A stretch of DNA of 64,000 nucleotides from Phoronis australis (lineage: Eukaryota > Animalia > Phoronida), in NCBI GenBank assembly GCA_002633005.1, contig NMRA01000189.1, forward strand, positions 100,264 through 164,263. Direction: 5' to 3'. The stretch's first letter is position 1, and each line of letters begins with the position of its first letter. The translations under genes were made by a program, and so were the position numbers. Below the pieces are notes generated by a model that was not told the origin of the DNA, made no database searches, and worked only from the letters and a program-made list of their open reading frames with translations. Shown here piece by piece: positions 26,781 through 39,595 of this stretch.

Positions 26781-28983
26781 AATTGGAATAATGGTCTCTA
26801 GTTTGTAGAGAATATAGAAGAGTCTGGTGACGTGTCTAACTACTGCCTTGGTTATTGCAATTTAACATCAATTAAAGTAGTTTATTCATCATCATTCTAA
26901 AGCTTTGTAAAGTTTTAGTGTTGCATAGTGAGTTGGAACAATGATAAGAAATTGACTAGCTGAGTGGTTCGTGATCTATCATTCTTTAATTGTCGGACCC
27001 AGCTGTGTTATCAGCCAATTAAGCTTTTGAATACTGAATACTGTGGTAAGCTATTCCTAGTTTGGGACAATCTATAACATTTGGGTGACCAAAATTCAAT
27101 ATGAAATTGATTTTTTTATTGTGAAGGCTGGGGCATTGGCAATTTTAGCGTTCATTATATTTCTCAAAATATTTAGGAGTTGAATTTTGTATCAACAGAG
27201 TCTCAAAGCAGATTTGGCTGTTCCAACAATCATCAGAAATAGACACCAATGCGACATTTTTATGTTAAGTGTGGAATATCAAGGAAATGGTTTCTTTATT
27301 GCCGTTGCTCATAATTCTTGAATTTGGAAGGGCCAATATTGAGTATTGTGAAATGTGGTACACTAGCGGCAATCAATAGCAAAATAATTAGTTTTGACTG
27401 TTCCAAACTTGGGAATTGTCAGTCATGTAATAATAATAGCAACAAAAGTGTTGGATTAGGGATGATGGGTATTGTAGTTCACAAAGTGTATGAAGTGTAC
27501 ACCATGTACTATCATACATCCTGTGATACTGAAGCAAAAATGTCATAGTAAAGTAGCAAGTGGTCCATTGGTGTGTTTAAATTCTCTAGTCCCATATATG
27601 CTGCGTGGTGATCTTCAATTGTTTGAATTCTCTAGTCCTATGCAGTGTGGCGATCTTCAATTTTTTAAATTCTCTAGTACCATATATGCAGTGTGACGGT
27701 CTTCAAAAGACTGGTGATGTACATTGTGCTGATTAAAGCATTTGCTAATCTAACATTTCAGACGTCGCTTTAATCAATTAGTTGTGTCAGAATAAACAAT
27801 GATTTAAAATGAATATTGATTTTTGAAAGTTGGATGTGTTGTCATGGATTCATCTAATTGTTCTTTGCTGTTGACCAGAATTGTAGCCTCGCTTCTTCTT
27901 ATTAATGTTTTATATGGTTACAACACCACAATATATTGCTGTCCACTAATTACTTCATATTAATAATTTTTCATTCAGTTCTTTACGTGTTTGTTCAGTT
28001 CCCAAGACAGATCGCCAATGTATGCTTAGTACTTGTGCTATGTATTGATCAGTGCATAGGATTGTCAAGTGATTCAGTTTGTGAAGGCTTCAGGCTACAA
28101 TGTTTATAAACATTTGAACAATTATATACAATAATGCACATTGGATAGAATCTTGTTCTGTGAAACTGTTTTGTGGTAAAAGTTTCTTCATTGCAGACCT
28201 CGTGAAAGTTTGGGTCGAGTTAGCTTAGAAACTAATATGGCTGTTGGACAGACCCAGCCGTAGAATGTATCAGAGCAGCACAAGACTGCACTCATTTTGT
28301 GTTCTGGAACCAACAGTATATAGTCCTCTGCTCAGGTCTCAGTGGTTCTTGGAACTTAACTTAAATTGGAAATGAATGATACTCCACTCATACTTCCATT
28401 TGTCTTGTTGATTTATTCTTGCGTATATAACAGTGTTGAAGTTATTTACAGAACCATCCAGAATACATGGCCACTGGTATTGAACTAATAAATAACATAC
28501 TATGAAGTCAATTCGACTCGTTTCACTTTCACGCCAAGAGGCCGGTATCAGCCAGGCAGATGCACGTGGACTGCAGTGGCTTATATGATTATGTCAACCC
28601 TTTCATATCATTGACGCCTATTCAGTGCTAAATGCTTCAGCTCAATGGTGGGTTGTGTCACTTTAAAACACCAATGAATTTTCTATGGGAGTTGAATGTT
28701 ATCTACACATGTGTGAACTTCGGATCCATTTTAAGTCTAGCCATAAGACCCGCAGGTAGAGTGAAGTTGAGGCTACGAAAGTACCCGAAGTGTTTTGATT
28801 GGATATGGGCAAAGCTTAAACAACTTTATCATTGTGTGGAAGCCAAGCAGACCTACAGTACATGCCGAAAGTATTCAGAGAAAATAACCCAGAATTCCTG
28901 GTCATGACGGCTGGATGGAAGTTGCAATGGAATTCATCATCGGATTAGTCTTCCCTCATGCCTGAAAGTGAAGGGAAAGTAAC

Positions 28984-31195
28984 AAGTAAGGTGATTAAGT
29001 CATTCTGCAGTTAGAATTTTGCTGCCTTAATAGTCATCAATGGTCATTTTTGTTGTTAATGGAATTAACTTTCATGACCACTTGTCTGATTACTTGTGTC
29101 TTGTGTATTGCAATACACTGGTGTGTGCTGCTGAGTTAAAATGTAGCTGGGTTCATATGTTGCAAGCATCAGCCATTTGTGCGTAGTGATTGAGAAATTG
29201 TTCTCCGTGGAGGAAGTGATGCATTGACGTTGTGGTCTGAAGTACAAGGTAAATGTTAGGCTACTCTTAAATATTAATGGGTGAATAGTGCAATAAAAGG
29301 GTATTTTGATCAAGTAAATGCGTAACACTTTACAAGTTTTCTTGTAGTTCTTATTATTTGGTCTGTTGGAGGGTAACTGACTATGTTTGATGTATGCTTG
29401 AAATTAATTGATAGTAATTAACTTCTAGCAAAAAATATGGGGACTGTTTTGCAAGTAAGTGCACTACGGTAAAGTCGCGCGATTTTCGGACGGCCCGCCA
29501 TTTCCGGACAGGAATAAATATTTCCGAAATGAGTTTTTCATAGTCCACGAAATTCGTACAAGGCCCAAAAACTGTTTTTCAATGGTCCTCGAATTTCGGA
29601 CAATGTCATAAACAAGCCGAATATTTCATATTGAGAAAGCGCATCTTTGAAAAGATGAACCAACACTTGTCGGGAACGGTCTTTGTGCGTCGACAACGCA
29701 CATTTCTTATTGGGAAAGCTAGATTTTCAAAAATTAATCGCGCAGACCGTTTGAGTCTCAATGACCTGCAATTAAACTGCTATCAAATGACCGAGTCAGC
29801 AGTGTTGATACTACGATCGCTCATCGAAATAATTTACACCCACGAAATTCGGACACAGTGGAAACCCAAATTTGGAGGTCCGCCAAATTCGGACACCACA
29901 AAAATGATGTTTCGCGAGATTCGCCCAAGAATGAATTTTTTCTATTGGAATTAATTTTGAGTGTCTGAAAATCGCGCAACTTTACCGTAACCACTTGCAT
30001 GTCGTAAAACCATACTGCGGATGTTAGTGACCTATGGGGTTAATTAGGCAGACACTGTGACAAGTTTCACCCCATTGTAGCTATAGGTGTCTGTATTACG
30101 CAATAAAGAATTGGGGTTTTTTGCGATCTTAGTGTTAATATGGAATTACGTTTTTTCAGTGATTTTGGTAGTGCCTTGGGCATCTTACTTTAAAATCTGA
30201 TATCTGATGCAATAATTAGTGTTGAAATTATTTTTTATGATCGACATATGTCCCGGATAATAGATAAATGATACCTGCGTCGCAAGCTCGTTACCAGAGA
30301 TGAAAGGAGACTGATGTAGGCGATATAAGGTCATTTATTATGACTAGTACAATTACAATAAAATGAATACAGGTAAATAAGTATAATAGGTAATCTCTGG
30401 TAAGATGGGCAATAAAAAGCGCCACAGAGATGTTGTAAGACAGCTCATGCCCATNAAGTAAGGTGATTAAGTCATTCTGCAGTTAGAATTTTGCTGCCTT
30501 AATAGTCATCAATGGTCATTTTTGTTGTTAATGGAATTAACTTTCATGACCACTTGTCTGATTACTTGTGTCTTGTGTGTTGCCATTCACTGGTGTGTGC
30601 TGCTGAGTTAAAATGTAGCTGGGTTCATATGTTGCAAGCATCAGCCATTTGTGCGTAGTGATTGAGAAATTGTTCTCCGTGGAGGAAGTGATGCATTGAC
30701 ATTGTGGTCTGAAGTACAAGGTAAATGTTAGGCCACTCTTAAATATTAATGGGTGAATAGTGCAATAAAAGGGTATGATCAAATAAATGCATCATGGTTA
30801 ACAAGTTTCTTGTAGTTCTTATTACTTGGTCAGTCTGTAGGAGGGTAACTGACTATGTTTGATGTATGCTTGAAATTAATTGATAGTACTTCTAGCAAAA
30901 AATATGGGGACTGTTTTGCGAATAACCACACTAACCACTTGCATGTCGTAAAACCATACTGCGGAGCTTAGTTTGATGTAAGTGACCTATGGGGTTAATT
31001 AGGCAGACACTGTGACAAGTTTCACTGCATTGTAGGTATAGGTGTCTGTATTACGCAATAAAGAATTGGGGTTTTTTTTGCGATCTTAGTGTTGATATGG
31101 AATTACGGTTTTTCAGTGATTTTGGTAGTGCCTTGGGCATCTTACTTTAAAATCTGATATCTCGTGCGATAATCAGTGTTGAAATTATTTTTTAT
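28984..31195. repeat. duplicated segment either side of n30455 (allelic copies differing by insertions)
   Basis: 28984-29466 plus 29990-30238 corresponds to 30456-31195. Confidence 0.88.
29467..29987. mobile_element. 521-bp Tc1/mariner/pogo-type MITE with TA TSD
   Basis: TIRs cggtaaagtcgcgcgattttcggac / gtctgaaaatcgcgcaactttaccg (23/25 match), TA on both sides, empty site at 30932-30933. Confidence 0.92.
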
Positions 31196-31199
31196 TTTT

Positions 31200-32200
31200 A
31201 AATGACAAGCATAATGCTCTGGAGATGTTGACTGGTGAGGCCATGATAGTGACCTTGCCGTGACCCAATTTCGAATTCTGGAGAAGGAGATGATCCACGT
31301 TGACTTAAGACAAAGTGCAGTTTCTTTCATTCATGTATCTTTTGCGATGTGTTGAACTTTCTTTCATGCATCTTGTGAATATTCTGGCACATCAAAACAG
31401 TCCATCTATTCTTGAAGAGGAGACACATGCCCGGGGAGATTAAATTAGAAGCATTTAATTTTTTACACTAAATGCTTCATTCAGATTATACAGAGTTGGT
31501 GTAATCCCTTTAAAGTTTTAATGCTGTTTTGATGTCGCATTGCCTTTGATCACAAGTGAATCTAGATTAACTGAAGCAGGTCAAAATGCGTGTGATTGTG
31601 ATAGAATCCAGCAGCAGTGTAGTTTGAATTAATTGAGTGTTTCCTAGAAAAGATGAAAGCCAGGAGTTCAGGTCTGTGTCCGACTCTGTGTTTAATGGAT
31701 GTCTGTAATGACAATTAATGACATGGTGGTCATTGATTATATTATTGAAATAGGCATTAAAATCAACACTTGTTAAATTAGATGTGCTGGTTGAATGTTC
31801 TTCCTGGGTTTGTCTTTTGTGGCATGGACTTAGCAGCACCAGTGTGTAGTCATAAAATAATGTTTACATTTCTCAAATCTTGATTGCTTCCTTCAACAAT
31901 CTGATTTTAGTATGAAGTATTATATCTCAACCTTTGGACTTCATCACGTGCTTGTTGATAATGTGATGTTTCACTTTTTGTTGGTCTCTTGACCGTCAGC
32001 TGCTCAGTCTTTTCTAAATTTTGTCCACTTTGGGAACAGTCCTAAATTATTCAAACAGATTTTGTTGGAAATCTGACAAGTTGTATTGCCGAATCGTGTT
32101 TCAACTAACCTTGTCGATGACATTTGCTTGCTTAACGTTCCATTCCAGAAGTCCATTTTTTCTCTAAAGCAAAATTATTTATACTTTTTCTAAGCTTCGT
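31200..32200 (-). mobile_element. old CR1/L2-like LINE ORF2 relic
   Basis: Broken minus-strand fragments including FNAYF (31567-31839 ORF) and ETAL (cf. HSTETAL of CR1/L2 RT), in the expected order. Confidence 0.4.
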
Positions 32201-35200
32201 TTTTGATGAACACGGATGCAATGTTGGCACATTTATAGGGTGTCCCAGTGGGTGCTAACTTCACTAACTTTACTGCAAACCAGAACATGTGAGTGGCGTG
32301 GATTCCTAGATTTCATATTTGTGCTAAGCAAGTTACTCTGCGCACTTTGACTGTGACCAGCAAAGTGCATCGTGGGTAGTGAGGATAGCAGATGAAACGT
32401 TTGATTGTCAATAGCAATTATGTTAAAAGTTCACCTACAGAGGGAGATGGTGTAGTTTCATGTCATTACTCTTAGTCTGAAAAATTCAAAACAGGTCCTA
32501 CTTTTTACAATTAGTGGCTCTTACATAATGAATTAGTCATTCCCATCTACCACTACGCAGTCTATTCTGACACACGGCTATCATAAGACTTCCCCTGTGT
32601 GTTCACTTAATTTTGTCATGAATTATGCAACAGATTGATTTTTATGGAATTGGCCAAGCTTAGATCCATTAGTGTCATCTGAATGGAGATGGTTTGTGTC
32701 TGTCTATGATATGAGTTTGTTGTCATATCAGTCTGAGTGCTTCACCATCGTGCTGTTTATGAAGAATAGATTTTGATGTGAGTATTTTTTGAAAGTCCAA
32801 TCGTCTTGCTGTTGAAGTTCCGCTATAGTGATTTTGAAAGTAAAACATTATGAAAGCACATTAAAATGTACCAGGTGTCACTCTATGATTATGATTGTGA
32901 TTTCAAATGGCAGCACAAAGTTTGCCATTTATACTGTTTTACCAACTTAATTTTTCCAACCACCATGTGTAACAAATGACGGGCGTTTTCCTGATCTGGG
33001 TTGCATAAAACTTTGATGTTATGGGGTGGAATAATTAGTTTGACTGTTACATAATTGTTTTAAGTTGAGACTGTTTGACAGTGGAAATGTCCACACTGTC
33101 GCACTGTAGAGTGAAATGAATATGTTATGTGTAATGCAAGATGGGCGTGATGCACCATTAACTGGACAGGCTATTGAGCAGGCTAACTGTTCATGAAAAG
33201 TGAATGTAAAACAAACATCTTTAGTTGTTATGCAGCTCTAGTCCTGACACCTTCAGCTTAATGTGTAGAAGTGCGAAATCTCATCTGTGCTATAGACTTG
33301 TGGTGTTCTTTGGAATTTCGACCATATTATGAATAAGTATGCTGACTATTTGCATAGTCTGTTATGATTGAATTACACTATGGCTGCTGTTAATTTGTTA
33401 TCCGCCACCAAATATAAACGACCCTCTTTCCCGTTTCTGGGATAGTAGACGGTATGACATCTACTGATTCCTCGTTGTAGTCAGGTATTGACATGGCTTG
33501 CACAAATCTCACAGTTCCCTTCAGGAATATTCAAATGAGCCAAACTGATTCACCATCCTGTGTGTTTCTATGTATAATACCCATTAGGAATTTGTTCTGT
33601 TTGATCACCACATAGTCATGAATGAAAGCCAACAGTGGCTAAAATAGACTGTGACAAGATATAACGACTAAGCTAGGGTAGAACCATTTTGAGCTGTAAC
33701 AGTGATATGCTTGTCGCTAATGTCCACTTATCATTCTCGCAGTTGCTGTTTAGGAAGTGTCGTGTGATTGGTTCAATTTTTGTAAATGAATGCTTTGAAT
33801 GTTTTAACCAGGTTTCGTCCAATCATGAGCTTCCATTTTCCAATACGAGTCAATCACATGTTGAAGTGAATTGAAAAGTGTGAAGGCTTCCATTCGTCCA
33901 GTTGAAGTCTGTCAACTGCAGTGACTAGTAAGCTGAAATTTCCTCAACAAACAAATCAATGAATGTGGAGTGTACATAGCTGTAGACACAGTGTTGTCTC
34001 AAATTCAACTTTCTTCTGTTGCGGAGATAGAAAAACGTAATGATGATTAACTGAATGATTTTGTTGTAAAAATTGTGATTCGCATGCTAGCAGTGAACTA
34101 TAGTTTGATATTAGTGCCACGCAGATTAACGGCACGGTAGAATCTCAACCATTTAGGACGCAATATGGCGGACAAGTGAAATTTTATTGCCTCCTTTTAT
34201 TATGAACCATACATAGCACCTTAGTGATGCTTTACCATATTACCGGTACGTTCTTTTCTGTAGGTGCCATCTGACATTTTGAAAAATTGCTGCATTCACA
34301 GCAAATTGTTAGAAGTCTTTGAAAATGAAAGAAGGGACAATAATGGCAGTTATTTTTGTTTGAAATTGGTGATATTTTATCATAATTATTGCAGAATCAG
34401 TCACAGGTGAAGTGGTATTGTAAAATAAGGCTATAATGAGTGTGTTATATCAGACACCAGATTGTGTATTGTCCAGCAGTAGACCACTCAGTATCCCTCT
34501 TGACATTTCTTAATTCCTTCAGCTCATCAGTGTTACAGCCAGCTCATCAGTGATACAGCGTGAATAATTTAGCCAGTGTTTACTGATGGCAATCGATGTT
34601 CATTTCAGGACCAAGAGATAGTGACCCAGTCAGAAGTGACCCATGGAATGACTATATCGGATCAATACTGAGGTTGGTGAGTAGTGGTCTTGTCAAGTGG
34701 CCAGTCTTTGATCCTATTGATTTTTGGAGTTTTCACGACTTGCTTGTCATTGATGGCTGTGTGGTTCTCAGTCCCATGTGAACTCGTTTACACGAACTGA
34801 AGACATTTGTGAAATGAGCCTATTTGCCGTGGGCGCATTTCAATGCTCTGCATCGCTCTTGTTAAATATTTTTAAGAGGGCCATTATCAAAAGTCATGCG
34901 AGTGGCCAGATGATATGGCAATTGTGAACACACTTCTGCATTTTTATAGAAAATCCGCTTGCGATCATGACCTTAATAAAGCTTTTGAGATGTGACCGCC
35001 GTGGCTGATGAAACAGGCTAGTGAACAGTAATAGGCAGAACAAGTGGGTTTCCGAGCCAATATGTCAAAAGACAAAAAGCTTATTAAAGTTGACATCAGC
35101 CTTGTAACTAGAATAGTCTTAAATACGATCAGTACGAATCTACTGTAATATATACGTAACTATTGGGAGTTAAAACTACTAGAACGTGTTATGAGAGTAA

Positions 35201-35612
35201 TAGACGTAATTCGATTTTCATTTTCAGCCAGCTTAACTGGCCGAAATGTAACTTCAAGCATATGAAAAATTCTTGAATTGACTTTGAATTAACATTTTCT
35301 GTTCTTTTAATGGAAAACTTAGTCACTGAGTGGCACAGTTTTAGCTTAGAAATTGAAAATTTTAGTATTTAGTTCTACAATCGTAACGAGAAAATGCAAG
35401 TCACGTTTTGAACTGTACCAAAATTGTGTGCCCGTACTTGTGTTTCTACAAAACATGTAATCGACAAATGTCGAATGTTAATGTTGACCCAAAAAACCCT
35501 GGAGTAAAATCAATGGGCAAATAATGTTAGCAAATTATTTATGCAGTTTGCCTGTGTCAATTTCTTTTCACTTGCTTGATGTTGTAACCGTAATGTTTAT
35601 GGAAAAGATTTA

Positions 35613-36912
35613 CCGGGGTTTTCCCTAGATAAGCCCACTCGACAAATTGCTCATGTGCCTTTATTCGGAAAATTATGCCAATTAAACGCCCATGTTGCAA
35701 CTTCTCGTGTCAAGTGTCTAGATAGTGGAGCGTTTATTCGGAAAATTTTCTCTTATATAAAAGCTTACTTAGCGTCAACTTTTAGTCACAAATTCAGTTT
35801 TTGGAGAATTTATCATTTATAAAATCGAACAAAGTGTTGCCGAACTATGTGTTTATTAACATAAAATTTTCAAAAAACAACTTTAAGTAAAAAAAACAGT
35901 GAGGAAACCTCTCAATCTACGTGTATTCAGTCCATGTCAATGTTTTCACCCAGCTCGTTCTCCGAGTGACTCTTTCCATCTCCGAGTCAATGAAGAGATC
36001 CAGTGACCCGCGTTGTACCCCATGTGTTTGCAAATCTGGGCGTTGAGGAATAAGGTAGAGACAATTTGTCCGTCAGCAGCTACAGTATGCCGCAACATTC
36101 AAAAGCTCTGATAATGATGTCTTGCGGGATTTGGTGCATGGCTGACTATACAAATTCTCATAGGATGTGGGACGGCGATACCCTTCCGGGGTATATTCTT
36201 TCTCGCCGTTTCAAGCCAATACTGATACTGATCTCGCAACCTGTAGCTTTGAACGGGGCATTAACAAGAACATCAAGTGGCTGAAGGAAACAGGTCATTC
36301 TGGCTGGAATTATCTTGACGTCAATATTCAATTTTTGAAACTCTGCGAATACAGTTTCTGCCCAGGGGCTCCGGTGTGCATTCATAAGCAAAACGGATTG
36401 GGCAGTGTTGAAATAAGGACCTCGCCTCGTCATTACTGTCTGTATGTATTGCATTATAAGAGACTCGTTCATGAATCCTCTACCTGGACTTCAATGTTAA
36501 TGGGTACACGCTTCATCGGTAAGGCATGAAAGTAGTCAAAGACGGACTTACCGTTGGGCACATACCGACAGAGCTGGCTCGAATTTGTTATTTTTTCACA
36601 GTACGATGTGGGACTCAGTAATCAAGCCGACGTTCATAGAATTTCTACCACGAGGAGGTCTAGAAGTGTCACGCACATTAATTTTCTTGTCCCGCTGCGC
36701 AGATATTGCAACAACTGGCGTTGTTATCAGGTATCAACGTACTCAGAACAGTCTCTTTAAGGACTACCAATCCACCTAGAAGGGTTGTTTCCCTTACAAA
36801 AATACAAATCACGCTTCATGCTGGTATTTACGTAGCCCAAGTTCTGACTTTCCGTTTACTTGCCCCCCTTTTCCAAATAAATGCCCAGGGGCTTATCTAC
36901 GGAAAACCCCGG
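35613..36912 (-). mobile_element. pogo/Tigger-family DNA transposon deletion derivative (1.3 kb)
   Basis: 24-bp TIRs ccggggttttcc(c/g)tagataagccc, TA TSD, internal transposase remnant. Confidence 0.9.
36158..36472 (-). pseudogene. pogo-type DDE_1 transposase fragment
   Basis: MNESLIMQYIQTV...LLMNAHRS...IIPARMTCFLQPLDVLVNAPFK matches the pogo DDE_1 motif (IP.gxT..LQPLDV.vN.PFK); frame degenerates afterwards and the second Asp appears as Asn. Confidence 0.85.
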
Positions 36913-39526
36913 TATAAATCGCTGGAACTTACTGTAAAATAATTTTTCCAATGATGAGAATTTTTTCCTCATAACATTAGAAACTTTTGCTTTAAATGTT
37001 ATTGAACATGAGTGGCCACTAGCCCACAATTCATGATATTATTGTACAAACTTTATAATATATGGTATTATACACACAGTCATTAAAGATTCAATATTTC
37101 GCTTCTGGTCATCATTGGCTGGTGCAAATACACACTTACAGGGGTCCTGGATTTCAAGAACCAGTTTGAACCCCGTTATTCAGTGGAGAAAACTGTTCTG
37201 CAAGACCTCCTTTTGTATATAGTTTGAAATGTTTTTTAAGGTGTTCACTGCCTCGGAGTTCAAAAAGTACTAGCCTCGTTGTGCCTTACGTGGCAACGTG
37301 GTGTGAACTTACTTCTTAAATCTGCCATGACTGGACAACCTACATGAAATGGGCTTCTGTCTCAATCTCTCCTGTATTACAAATGTTATGAATTCTTTCA
37401 CAATCAGAAACCATGGCTTACCGCATACGTTCGGGTTAATGCCAAGGACACACCACAATTTGATATTGTCAAACATCGGGTGATGTCTACGTCCAATGCA
37501 GTGTATATACAGTAGAATTCAAAAATACTCAGACAATATAACATAGGATTCCATGTCATGGCGGCTGGGTGAAAGTCCAATTCTTTGAAAGGGTAGTTTC
37601 CTCTCATTACCGAAAATGAAAGGGAATTGACAGGAAAGTTAGTGAGGTGTCCATAATTAGAAATTTGCTGCCCTTGCCAGAAATGTTTGTGAATTATCCG
37701 CCTTGGCGGAAAAACAAAATTTTCTATGATTGCTTTTGTCTTGTACTGTATGTGTAGAATCCACTTCACATGCAATTATTACATATAAAATTGGGCAGCA
37801 TGCAGACAATGTTGTACTTGTCAGTTAAAGTCAAAGGAACTGTGTGAGCTTGGGGAGCTGAACTGAGCATTTGTGAAGATTTGATGATTGTAGGAAGCAA
37901 AGGTCATAGCTATATAAATAAGTCGTGCACTTTTAAATGAACATGGTTGTTTTTAAGTGAAAATTTGGGAAATAAGGACGAGCGTTGAGCTTAACATGGG
38001 TATGGTAGAAATGCTGAAATTATTCAAAATCTGAGAAGTCTTGTCTACATGACAAACAAAGTGCGTGTCAGTTGAAATTGTGCTTGCATACTGCAATAAA
38101 TGTATTGTTGTTGTGTTTGATTTTTTCAGTTCAATAAGAATTCTCTTTGGTTTAATTTAAATTTCTTCATGGTCTTAATGTTTGACATGAAAATTTATGT
38201 TCCACATTGTAGCAAGCAAAAATAACTGCTCAAGACAAATTGTTGAAAGTCTTTTTGTATGGTAATTTGGGACACAATGTAGTGAACAAGCATTTTTCGT
38301 AAAAGATGTATCATGCTTCTCTAATTAAATGCCGTACACATCGCTGTTTAGGTCGGTACCATAGCCACTGTTAAGCAATGTTTTGAGAAACTGCTGGTGG
38401 TCACAACAGTGCTAGAAGACTAGTGATATCATACTGAATCAGTAACTGTTGAATAGATGTGCAGCCGTGGGTACATTACGCCTGCCATTGGTACTTCTGT
38501 ATTCTGGTTCACTGGTAGTACTGCTGGCATGTTGACAACATTGCCTGTGTCTATTACATGCAGCCATCAAAACATCGGGTATTGTGGCAATGTGGAGTTT
38601 TGCATCTTCTAAGCTAAAATAACTTTTATCCCCTACGCATTGAATCAGTCGAGTGCAATACGGCCATGTGATATTGTTTTCCGTATTCACCTTCCGCACT
38701 ACTTCAACAGTGACCTCTGACATGGAAAATTCAAAAGGTAGTTGAATTTTGATTCGACGTCGTTAGCCAGTTCGATCATCAAACTTTCCGAATACGGTTT
38801 AAAGTAATACAATATTGCAGCAGTATAAATAGCACTCTACATGCAATCAGGTCCCAAAAGTAACATCTGGTACAAAACTGTTAATTATATGACACGTCTG
38901 TCTCAGTTTTCATTTGATAAATATTATATCGTCTGCAACTCAGGCGCCCATTCCTCGGTAACAACTTATTTAACTATTTTCAGAATTGTTACAAGTTGTT
39001 TTCATCTTTGTTATCTCTTTTCAAGTAAGAAATCGTTACTAACATTTAAAACTGTTTCTTTTACTAGAAAAAACTTGTAACCTATCACGCAATTATATAC
39101 GTATAAGATGTGATCAGCCACGTGAACAGTCTGGGTGAAGTCTTTAAAAATCTGTCGCAAAAATGAAAGCAATTTAGGAATTCGAAGCGTATGGGATAAA
39201 TACAAAACGTAGCTCGATTGGCGTAGATGAAGTGATATTCCACTGGACATTAATCCGCGTGTCGATACACAGGATATTAGTTCATCAACGCCACTCTCGG
39301 TACGTTTTGTGTATGTGAACTCGACTGCGTAATTTATTGAATAGTCAAAGAATGTGTGTAATGTATTGTTCAATTTTTGGATTTCTAGACGTATTTCTTC
39401 TTCTTGCAGGGGTTAAACACATACTAGTGCATAGTGAACAGTAACTCTCTCGTCTCCTGGTGGCGCGATTTGGTATCCGGCAACATTGCGAGCTTCTCGG
39501 CATTCCGCGCTGGGTTTGAGAGTAGG

Positions 39527-39595
39527 ATGAATTACCTAAGGAGGAGATTTAGCTCCAGCGATATACAGAAAGATCTGGAGGATGAAGAGAATATG
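39527..39595 (+). CDS. SYN: synapsin first coding exon, domain A with PKA/CaMK site (MNYLRRRFSSSDIQKDLEDEENM)
   Basis: MNYLRRRFS motif; exon acceptor ttcttgcag at 39409; donor ATG|gtaaat. Confidence 0.95.

Noticed and set aside
26341-26782. Repetitive ORFs on both strands
   Set aside because: By-product of a 42-bp (multiple of 3) minisatellite; no splice or homology support.
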